Below, piece by piece: positions 26,050 through 37,522 of a stretch of DNA of 64,000 nucleotides. A model generated the notes under the pieces. The model saw nothing but the letters and a program-made list of their open reading frames with translations. It was not told where the DNA came from and made no database searches. The stretch spans positions 496,001 to 560,000 of the forward strand of contig CM061250.1 of NCBI GenBank assembly GCA_022605425.2. Reading direction: 5' to 3'. This DNA is from Hamiltosporidium tvaerminnensis FI-OER-3-3 (Eukaryota; Fungi; Microsporidia). Every line of letters starts with the position of its first letter. The first letter of the stretch is position 1. Made by a program: the position numbers and the translations under genes.

Positions 26050-29000
26050 ATGTGTTTTAAGGAAATACTACAGAACATAATCTAATAATAAGTAATTCGA
26101 AACAAAAGATTCCAAATAAATTTCTTGAAGTGAAATTTTGATCTGTTAATAAATAAGTTTATAATATGCCGACTATTGTGTACAGACGACGATAACAGGT
26201 GTTGCACGAATCTTTCAGATAGCTCGGGTATGTTATGACAAAAAATTTATTAAATTAAGGCTAAGATTGTAGTGAAAAAAGTAAATCAGCTTCTAAATTT
26301 AAATAAAAACATTTTTTAGGCAGGTTTTTGGCAGTAAAACTGTGTTTTATGTGGAAACATCTTTCAAAAAACGCGAAGAGCTTTTTAACCTTGAGCGAGG
26401 AAATTGATTTTGCCGGAACTCTAATTAAGAAGATTAAGCCTATAAATTTTTATGTAAAGAATCCCTCGATGTAAGAAAGTAGGAAGCTTTTTTTAGAACT
26501 ATTTCCTTGGTAGCCTATGAAACGTTTAGGTGCAGAAATGTTCAGATCGTAACGAAATTGTAAGTTTTGATTTATATTCTGTAACAAGAAAAACAAATAT
26601 ATTATGTATGATAAGTATTTAATGGCGCTATGTCAAGTATGCATTAGACGGCGTTTTATTTGCTTGAAAAATTTCAGATATCTTTTATCCGCATGATGGC
26701 TATAAAGCTGCTAGAATTCATAGAAGGAAACACAATTTTTACATCAATAAATTTACAATTCTATAAAATTATTACGGATATTATGCGAATTAATGATTTA
26801 AGACGAACTTTGGACTTATTGGTTTTTATAGCCTAACTTACAAGATTCAAAAAGGCTTAGGACAACGGGAATCCAACTTGTTCAATTACTTGAATGTGAA
26901 ACTTATACAGACTTACAGCTAAATCGTGTATAAAAGTCGGGCAACCTGAAGTAGAAAACAGAGGGGCATGGTAGATAATTTATTGGGGCTGTGTGTGATG
27001 AGCAAGTATCAAAAAAGCAGTTCCTTCTCAACCTTGCATTTAATCTGGATATAAAATATCACAAGAGAGAGTAAAGGTGATTTCAAAAATGCAAAACAAC
27101 CTGCCGAACATGTACATTCGACAAATGTACGAAAACTTTTATTACCCTGATTGATTTCCGAACTTTTTTAAGGTCTTAACATCAAAATACAAAACCAATA
27201 TTTGTGTATGGCTTGCTAAAATAAACAAAACAAACAAGTGAAAGATACTGTTAGAAGATGATTTGTCACACCTTTTTTGTATTGTACATGAATCTGTTAA
27301 GCAGAAGTTCAACGATTACAAGAAACAAAGTAGCTATCTCTTCATCACAGATATCATATTTTTTATTGATAATTTTAGAATCTTTGCGAGAAATAGATCA
27401 ATATTTAAATCTATGGCAGATAAGCACAAGAATCATTGAAATTGATCTTATTAGAAAAATAATGAAATGTCAACCACGGATTGAGCGCGTTCTGTGATAC
27501 TGCTTCTTTACTAGAAAATGTCTATGCTTCAAAATATTAAAGGATATAGAAAAATGCAAATATGAAAAACCGTAGCTTATCTATTGGAGTACAATGTAAT
27601 CTAATATTAAGAGTTTGAAGTTTTTGTCTCACCAGATTAAACGATAAAAAATATAATCTTTGCTAAATTCTATAATAGGTATTAACTATAATTTTGATTT
27701 ACGCTAAATGAGCCGGCTGACTTCTGAAATGATATGATTAAAACGTGGAGTGTTGATAAAAAACAAAATATATTTACTCAAATAATGCAAAAAGACGGTT
27801 ATACCCTCAACGTAAAGTGATTTATTGAGAACTACAATATTTTGAGTTCAAACGCGAACAGAAGCTCTTACAACATTTTAATTGTCTTGGAAAAAGTAAA
27901 GAAATATAAACTAGAGAAGAAGAAATCTTAAGAGTATGGAATAAAAACCTTAAATTTTGTGCTATTAAATGTTTCTGTAGCGTAAAATATACGCTGGACG
28001 AAGAATCAACCAAAAATAATTTAGTAGCGGGCTAACCTGCAAAATAATATAAAAAATAACTTATCGAAATATTTTCTCAGGTATGTATAAAGAAAAAAAA
28101 GCTTGTATATGTATCTGACTCTTTCAATAGTCAACGAAAGGGAAGGTTAGACCACGAGATGAAGCAGTATTCTGCTTTATCCAAGACAGCAATGTATTCT
28201 TAGAGCAGATGGTACGTGTCAACAAGGCAAAATGGTAAAGTATATGTGAATGTAGTTACTAGATGAAAGAAAATACCTGAAATTTTTTATCGAACTGCAT
28301 AAGCAATACTTGGATGTCTACGTTTACCCCTTCTAACTCTATATGAATTATAATCTACAAAACGAATAGCGAGCTACTTGGTTCAAAAAACTCTTGAATA
28401 TAAACATGCTGAGAAATATGGGACACTAAAATAAAACTAATGTCTAAATCATGAAAAATCGACTCGATTTATTTTCATAACTAAGACTAAAAAACAGGAT
28501 AATATCATTAAAGTAGAATGACTTCTCAGGATTTATGTCAAATTATTAAAACTAAAAACATTAGGAAATTTAAACCTTTATTTAATGTTTTGGGTCATAT
28601 TATAGATTTAGGGATAAGATAATCTCATACCTGATCACAAGCGACGGCCTTGTGACATAATATCACAAGAAATAGCTTAAAAGACTGCAAATATATATAT
28701 TTATATAGAGACAAACTTCTAATCAATAGTAAATAAAAAGATTTTGAAACAATTTATTTGATCGCCGAAGAAGACTTTAATAAATCTAAATTTCGAAGAT
28801 AGCCGGAAGAGATTGACAATGGAACTAATACAAAACCCCAATACACGAAGACCGTGTACTCCGTTGAATACAAACTAATAACTAAAAAGCAGGGCTATAA
28901 ACTTCAACTAAGAATTATTGTATTCTTTATTGCAGAAAGAAGAAGAAAACTAGAGACTTAATAAATGAAATAAAAGAAGAGTCGAATTCATTAAAAGAAT

Positions 29001-29070
29001 ATTTGGTTGTTAAGAGAGTAGAAGAAAGGTTTTAAAATGGTTAAAAGTATTTTAATCTAGAATATATGTA
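26050..29070 (+). mobile_element. Ancient, heavily decayed near-full-length copy of the same non-LTR family
   Basis: Patchy colinear similarity to the - strand of 46406-49530: ~26480 aaagtaggaagc, ~27750 gtgttgataaaaaacaaaata, ~28160 gatgaagcagtattctgctttatccaagac, and a 3' end aaaatggttaaaagtattttaatctagaat at ~29035-29063. Boundaries are approximate. Confidence 0.75.
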
Positions 29071-30925
29071 ATTTATGTTAACCCTTGGGGTTATCAATAT
29101 TTTGATATTTATTTTGTATGAAAGTTTGATATATATTGCTAGTTTTATCCACTAAAAACTGTTATGCATATTCTGAAAAAAATGCTATTGAAAGCGGATG
29201 AGGAATTTAGCAATTATAGCTTTTCTTGGAATAAATATTAACCAATCTTATTCCTCATTAAGCTTTATGTCAACTCTACTGCTATCATAATTTTAAAGTT
29301 TTTTTGTGTTTGAAAAGACAGAAAAACACTGGTTTCATCATCTAATTGTAGTTTTCGTATTTTAATTAAGGTATAATCGTTTGATTCAGCTCGTCTCGAT
29401 AATGATTGACTTAATATAACATGTATTTTGCCTATTTTCTTTATCTCAGAAAGTTGTTTCCATTTTTTACAGCTTTTGAATCACAGTGTAATTTGTCTGC
29501 CGTTTATTTTGAATAAAAAAAATTTTTTTCTTATTAAATATATGGACTAACTTTTTCATCTAAATGTTCTGCTTCGAATACCCTCTTTGTTCGGCGTAGG
29601 TAAAAATTTAGAATATAGATTGAAATTATTGTTTCAAATCTTTACTAGATCAAGAAAAAACAATTGCTTATTAATCCTATCATAAATCTTATATTGCCTC
29701 GTTTCTATATAAGTCTAACCGCCAAGGCATTTTTATGAAAATGTATAAATTTATTAGAAATTAAATTATTTAAATAATCGAAAAATGCTAGTTAAATCCA
29801 GAACAAACCGAATAGATCTTTAGCATAACCAAAATAAATAATAAAAAAATCAAACCCATAAGATCAATCTATATAATATTCATTCTTTGCTTGAAAGAAA
29901 AATGAAAGTTATAAAATAATATCTAGATTATTTGGCTTTTCTTTAAAGAACCTGTTTAAAATATCTATTGGCAAAAAACAATAATTAAATAAACTTAGAA
30001 TACCTTATACCACAATATCATATAACTGAATTAAGGAAATCAATCAAAAATGTTTTTATCTGGTTTTAAAAATATATTTTTATTCAAATAAATACTTCAT
30101 ATTTCAATTACTCTGAATTAAAATCAATTTGACCATACATTTATACCAAAATCGGTAAGTAAATATATATTTGGTTCCAATTATTTATTTTATTTCATAT
30201 TCATTCATAAGAAATTTTCTTCCTAAAATGTTATATCAATGACCAATATATTAAACCCAATCTATAGATATTGCTATTTCGATATATCTTTCAAGTATTA
30301 AAAACAATTTCAGTATAAATTATTAAGGAATATAAAAAACCAGTTTTATTTTCAATTTAAATAAAAGTTTTTTTATAAATAAAGTTAAGAAAGCTTCATT
30401 ATTAGAATCTTATTTATTCTTTTAATTTATAATTTTAGTTTAAGATTTTCATTTTATTGTGAGTAAAAGGAATAAATCTTTATATTCCTAACCTTGAAAG
30501 TCATTTTAGTTGAGTAAGGTTAAAATATAAGGATATTCAACAAATGTTGAAAAATATTTATTCTTATAATCCTAAAAGTAATTTTTTGATTTATTAAAGA
30601 ATTTATATGAATAGATTAAAATTTTAGTTTTTCTTTTTTATATTTTTATAGTAATTTTCGATTTAGTAAAGTTAAATAAAAAATTGAAGAAAAATTAAAG
30701 AAAGATAAACTTATTAATATTTCTTTGAATTAATATGAAAATTAAAATTGATTTTGAATAAAAATAAATCTAATAACAACAAGCGTTTTTATAACATAGG
30801 AATAGAAATATTAACAGTAAAAGCATTTCAGATAATTTATTTTTAATTAAATTATTAATTAAGCATAAACGCATAAACTATATTATAAAATATTTATAGA
30901 TGCATAAATGAATTAATAAATTATA

Positions 30926-30928
30926 CCC
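30926..30928 (+). promoter_or_regulatory. Microsporidian-type CCC motif just upstream of a start codon
   Basis: ATACCCTT-ATG. Similar CCC motifs precede the ATGs at 23869 (-), 41126 (+) and 46210 (-). Confidence 0.55.
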
Positions 30929-30930
30929 TT

Positions 30931-33900
30931 ATGATACATAAATACCAAATATCAATATTAAATATCCTATCGATATACTTTTTTTTATCAGGTCTTTTTA
31001 AAATGGTAACACCTCCTAATCTCTTTTCATCAGGCGAGCTTACCCAGAAAAAGTATGAAAAAACCATTTTTATAATTTTAGATGCACTCCGTATTGATGC
31101 AGTGCTTTCAACAACCAATTTATCACCTTACCATAACAAACTTAACTTTTTAAATTCCATAAAAAACAAGTACGTAGCAATGAGTATCAGTGGATTACCT
31201 ACCAGTACATCCGTTAGAATAGAAAGTATAGCTACGGGAATACCCTCCAATTTTCTTAAAGGAACTAACACATTCATACATGCACAATCCAATCATGATA
31301 GTCTTATTTACCAACTTATTAATTCTAATCGAACACATGCTTTTTTTGGAGATTCTACATGGAAAGATATTTTTCCAAATATCAATGATGTACATATTTT
31401 ACCGCCATATAACCATTCTCCAGATTTCACACCCGAAAAAAAAGTTATCGATTCTTTTCTCAATTCAATCAACAACTTTGATTTTATTATTGGACATTTC
31501 GTATTCTTAGATCATTACGGACATTTATTTGGCATCAAAGGGGCACAAATACCTTCATCAGAAGAATATAAATGGTTTTCTAACAGTTCACAGCAAAATG
31601 ACACAAATACGAATCCAAGTCAAAATAAAGACAATAACGAATCTACATCTAATTCACCAGATAATAATTATATTACAAGTATCCTTCTAGAATATGATAC
31701 ACTCATCAAAAATGTATATAATAAAATGACCAATGACACTCTTCTTGTCATATTAAGTGATCATGGTGTCAACGAAGACGGCAGCCATGGTTCATCTACA
31801 CCACAAGAGTTGGCATCTGTAGCTATTTTTATAAATAAAAACGAAGAACCAATAGATTTAAGAGAAGTAATAGATAATACGAATGAAAAGATATTTGCTA
31901 ATAAATCCAAGAGTAATTCTGACAATAAATCTGAGAATATTAAATCTGACGATTTTAAATCTAATAATATAAATTCCGACAATAAAACCGAGGATATAAA
32001 TTCTGACAATATTAAATCCAATAATACTGATAATACAAAAAATAATATTTTTAAAGAGCTGATTGATTTAAGACAAGAAAACCTAAAAAAATTATATCCG
32101 TTTGATACAGAATGGATAGGTTATACAGGTGATAAACTTATAAATATAATACATCAGAGTGATATACTTCCTACCGTTTGTACGCTAAGTGGTTTACCTG
32201 TTCCGTATCATTCATATGGAAGTCTTATATGTGAATTAGTTGGTTGTAAAAAAAACGTTTATGAAAATATCGTTAGACAAAAAATTAATGTATATAATAG
32301 TTTAAAGGGTGTTAATGACAAGAGTAAAGCAGAGAGTATAAAGGGTGTTAATGACAAGAGCAAAGTAAGGAGTATAAAGGGTGTTAATGATAACAGTATA
32401 GAAGAGGGTGTTAATAAGCTAACTGAGAAACAAAAGGGTGTTAGTAACAGTACTAATAAACAACACCCTCTTAATAACACACCATATAAACAACACCCCT
32501 TTAATAACAGTACATTATATGACTTAGATATAAAGGGTGTTAATATACTAAACTATATATTAACAGATATCCTTTATAATTACTATGCAGGCATCTCTTA
32601 TATAAAAATTAGTATATCATTTATACTGATAACACTAAGTATAATACTTCAATTACTAAGAGGTGTTAATAACTACCTTAATACTAAAGGGGTATTACTA
32701 TTAATAACAATAATAATGGTCAGTCATTCTGTACATTCATTTATCCACGAAGATATTTTTTATGGTTTTTTATTTCTAATTTTTAACTTTTGTTACAAAA
32801 ATATTTTAGTATTTTATATTTATTTACGAATAGGAAAATATCCACAACATTCTGATGATAGAATATGGATATTTAGATTAAGAAAATGGGAAAAAATTAA
32901 TTTTGAATCTATTTTTTATATTTTCTTATTTTTTATTGTAAATGAGTATTGTAAGAGTAAAGAGAGTAAAGAGAGTAAAGAGAGTAAAAAGAGTAAAAAG
33001 AGTAAAGAAATAAGTCAATGTGTTACTTTTTATAAGAAAATAACAAATAATAATATAACAGGTGACAGTTTAAGTAATTGTTATAATAAAGGGTGTTATT
33101 TACACAAAAATGGAATAAGGAATAAGACACTTAATAAGGTATTTGATATAGAATACGTTAACACACATAAAGAGTATTATAAAGGGGGTGTTAGTACATT
33201 TAATAAAGAGTATGATAAAGGGGGTGTTAGTACACTTAAGCCAGATACTAGTAAACAAGATATTAACACCCCTAATCTTAATACTAGAAAAGACTATTTT
33301 AAGACTCTTAATGACGAGTTTGATAAATATAATACTAAGACCTATAATCTTAATAGTTGTAATGACTCTTTTAACACCCATAATCTTAATAGTTGTAATG
33401 ACTCTTTTAACACCCCTAATCTTAGTACTGGCAAACAACTCACTAACACCCATAATCTTAGCACCAGTAAACAACTCACTAACACCCATAATCTTAGTAC
33501 TAGTAAACAACTCACTAACACCCTTTATTATATCGTGTGTGGTTTAAAGGGGGTGTTAAGTAATATAGATTTAATTTTAGCTATAATAAGAGGGGTGGGT
33601 GTTAAATGTATAGAAGATAAGACATTTAGAATATCCTATTATATAACAGGGGGTGTTAGTACATTACCAGGTATGATATTTAAACCTTTAGATTATATAT
33701 TTATGCGTTATATAATAACTAACGCTTAGTATTTCTTATGACCCTTTTACTTTCTATGTTTTAATGGGAATGGCAATATATTTTAATGGAATGAATTATA
33801 GTTTAACAAGTGTTAATTATAATGTAGTTTATTTGTTTAGTGATGAGGTTGAATGGATATTTGCTGTTATAATTTTTATTGTTTATTTTTTTTATTCTAA

Positions 33901-34478
33901 ATATTTGGTTTATAAGAAATACTTGTTAAGGTATAGAGATAGGTTGGAGGGGGGTGTTAATGATAAGAGTGAAGTGGTGTGGGGTGTTAGGGATAAGGAT
34001 ATGTTAGAGGGTGTTAGTGAAGAGTCTCATAAACAACAGGGTGTTAGTAAGGAGTATGATAAACAACAGGGTGTTAGTAAGGAGTATGATAAACAACAGG
34101 GTGTTAATAACGAGTATAATAAACAACAGGATGTTAATAAGGAGTATGATAAACAACAGGGTGTTAGTAAGATTACTAATGAACAACACCCCTTTAGTAA
34201 CAGTACTAATAAACAACACCCCTTTAGTAGCCAGTACGAATAATTTCTTTAGTAACACGGAGGATATTTATAATACCTCTTATTATAAGAAAAATAATAA
34301 TAATTTACATTGGTTGGATTCTTATATGTTAATATCTACCTTTTCATTATTAGTTGTAATGATTGTTACTTATTGGGTTTATGGAACGATGATTTTTTAC
34401 TTCTTTTTTGCTGGAAGATGTTTTATATTTTGTTTCTATTTTTTAATAGAAAATGTATTGTATAGTATTTTAGTATGA
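30931..34478 (+). CDS. GPI13: GPI ethanolamine-phosphate transferase (PIG-O/Gpi13-like) with low-complexity insertions and two apparent +1 frameshifts (~33720, ~34231)
   Basis: Motifs IILDALRID, PTSTSVRIESIATG, FFGDSTW, HFVFLDHYGH and LSDHG..DGSHG. Transmembrane C-terminal parts continue in frame 2 (YFNGMNYSLTSVNY) and frame 3 (FYFFFAGRCFIF). Confidence 0.85.
32303..34230. repeat. Intragenic arrays of 30-36-bp units built around GGGTGTTA / (T/C)AACACCC
   Basis: Blocks at ~32303-32545, ~33180-33660 and ~33950-34230 translate as KGVN, QQGVS, QHP and NTP/NTH repeats. Confidence 0.9.
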
Positions 34479-34490
34479 GAGTGTGTAAAT

Positions 34491-34740
34491 AAAGGAGTGT
34501 TAACTTACTTATAATTTTTATTACTTTACTAACACCCCTTTAAATAATATACCCATATATTAAAGGGGTGTTAACTTACTTATAATTTTTATTATTTTAC
34601 TAACACCCCTTTAAATAATATACCCATATATTAAAGGGGTGTTAACTTACTTATAATATTATTGATCTATTAATGTGTCCCTTTAAGGAATATACCAATA
34701 TATTAACGGGGTGTTATTCAACTATAATTTTTATTACTTT
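34491..34740. repeat. 71-bp tandem repeat (~3.5 units), each unit containing the inverted repeat AAAGGGGTGTTA...TAACACCCCTTT
   Basis: Units start at 34491, 34562, 34633 and 34705; the later units are more degenerate. Confidence 0.92.
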
Positions 34741-35447
34741 TCAATCGGTTTAAAACAAAATAATTTAAGAATTTTTAATGAATAGTTTCGTTAAAGCTTA
34801 GATTCTAACTAAAGAGTAACCAAACAACCTAACAGTAAAATTTTTTATACTATAACTGGTGGGCTCGTAGAAATAAACTTAATTTTACAATCAATAAAAA
34901 AATAATATCGAACATTAATACTTATCATCTTAAAGTTTATTAACAATGCTATATTTCTTTTAATATTTTCTATAGAAATTTTATAGCATTACCTGATCTT
35001 TTAATCTTATATTTATTTTAGTATTTCATATCTAAATTTTAAATAGCTACTTAAAAATTTAATCACATTTTTTAATTAGAACATTCTTCTCTTCTATTCT
35101 GTTAAATTGGATTTTAGAAAGCTTTAACTCATTATTACATATATTTCTTTTCGGTAATAATCCATTTATATTACCTGCGCTGACTTTTTAGTTGGTATTT
35201 TTCATTTTGCTTTTCAAATACATGATACTGTATTAGTTAGATAACTCATTGTTTGTTTAACTTAGTTCTTACTTTTTGTTAAATCTTTTGAGTAAATCAG
35301 ATATAAAATTAATGAGACTATTCCATCAATAATTGTTTTATATGTTATTTTTGAGTAAATAAATAAATTGCAATGAGAAAAAGCAAGAAAAATATTTATA
35401 TTATCGTACAATTTTTTATTTAATTCTATGTATAAACTCTTCTAAAC

Positions 35448-36176
35448 TTTATTTAAAAGTATCTCATCTTGCTAAAATATTGGCAAGTTTTATATTTGTT
35501 TTCATGACATTAACGCAGTTCTAGGTTTAACATAAATGACTGCTACTCCAACACTCCATCGGTAACTCTTGCGATACCTACGTCCCAAAGCATTTCATCT
35601 ACCAGGTGTGTAGAACCTAAATAATAGGCAAGGCAGTTTCCGGAGTTGGTTAATGTCCGTTGCATGGAGTTTGATCGAAGGCCGAAGCCGCCTCTTCCTG
35701 GGCTCCCCAAGACTATGCAACATTTCCACCTACTCTACACTTTCTAAACCCAATAAACTTCTAGCTAAGATATATTTCAGAGATTTACATGGGGTCCACC
35801 TAGACATTGCAATGTCATACCAACAGGTATAACATGCTGATTAGTATTCCTTGTCTTTTTAAGGGTTTTATTTTATATTTCCCGGGTGCTATGTTTTCTA
35901 ATTTGAGTATGCAAGCCTAGGCTTCTATGCTTTTACATGGCAATTACCTACATGTTTAGCTGCGGTCTGCAATCTGGTTACATAAAAAACTACAAATAAA
36001 TTTGTAGAAAAAGTTTCTCCATTTCTTTGACCTCTCCTCCTCATAACAACTCCCGTGGAACAACCGAATATATAGTGTGGTTGTATTCCCACCAAAAATC
36101 CAAACAATGACTTCACACCAGTTTCACACACTCATTGCCAAGCAGAAAGTTTTTTATGTGGTTATCCTCCCTCCAC
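35448..36176 (-). repeat. ~730-bp dispersed repeat, copy 2
   Basis: Aligns end to end with 18204-18930. Confidence 0.85.
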
Positions 36177-36349
36177 CTTGTATATATAAATAATTTGAAA
36201 TTTTAAAAAATATATTACTTTGAATCTAATTTAAGGAAAGTAATAAAAATATTTTTATTAATAAATTTTTGTTTTGGAATATAAAAATAATTTGTAACAA
36301 AATTTAACGAAAATATTTTTTTTTTGACTAGTAAAAGTTATTAGGAATT

Positions 36350-37522
36350 TTGTATTCTACTTTTGAATGGTATTATATATTGTATAAGATTTATGAACAA
36401 ATATTGAGAATAGTATTTTAAATCGAAATATTATATTATTATATTCTCTATAAGATTTATGAACAAATCATATGCGTCATATTCTAAATCGAAATATTAT
36501 ATTATTGTATTCTGTATAAGATTTATTAACAAATATTGAGAATGGTATTCTAAATCTTAATACTCTTCTTGGCGCCTTACATTTTTTTTATAACATTAAA
36601 CATTTTTAGACGAGTCTCAATCGCCATGACATTTTTCGATTATATACTAGAAAATATTAAATAAAAAAAGAAAGTGCAGGCTACTTCTGAAAAAAATGTT
36701 TATAGTTTTATTTAAACGGCTTTAAAATGATCTAAATTATTAAAATGAAGCCTGGCTGTAAATGAATCGTGAACGACCATGCTGTCTTTCCCTCCTTATT
36801 AATTGTTACCTAGGTGACAAATAGAAAAATTTTTAAAAAAAATATTTTATTGTGGTTTATAAATATACTCTTTACGCTAATTGCAACAAAATAAATGAAA
36901 AACTGAAGAAAACAACCAGATTTTGCATTAAAAAAAATTAACTCTAAAAAAAGAGTTATCTTCTTACATATTTATTTGTGCTCTAATTTTTAATTATTTT
37001 TATCTTTTATTTATATAACATTTTCTAGTATTTTTCAGATTTATTCTTGAATGTTTACATAATGGCACTTTTTAATTGTGCTTGAATCAGTTACTCATAA
37101 GATTTTAGAATATTTTCTAATCTGTGTAGTATTCTACAACATAAATTTGGGTTATATAATTCCCTTATAAAATTTAAAATAATTTTACTATAACTCCAAT
37201 GGCAGAAGAAAGGAAAACTTAGAATCGGAATATTAATTCAAAAAAATCTAACCTTAATCAAAACAACTTTTTGGTTACAGGAGTTCACAACCCCTTTTAT
37301 TCAAATTATAGAGCTTGCCTCTATCAAAGCTACCTTTTATCCGGCGCCTCGCGAGAGGTTACGATAATCTGCATGTTTTTCTTATATATTTTTAAAGGTT
37401 TAACTCATCACACTTTGTTTTTCAAATAAGTTATATTTTATTTATATCGCAAGTCGCTTATTTTTTTCAGATTTTAAGATATTTGAAACTCTTTCTCTGT
37501 TAAAAAACGGTTATAGATTAAA
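36350..37522. repeat. Segmental duplication, copy A, including a 66-bp triplication at ~36370-36556; probably a decayed gene
   Basis: Matches 39795-40600, e.g. the identical run taacattaaacatttttagacgagtctcaatcgccatgacatt. Confidence 0.8.

Noticed and set aside
34491-34740. CRISPR-like repeat appearance (also 6461-6721 and 19000-19130)
   Set aside because: The spacers are themselves repeated, there are no cas genes, and the context is eukaryotic.
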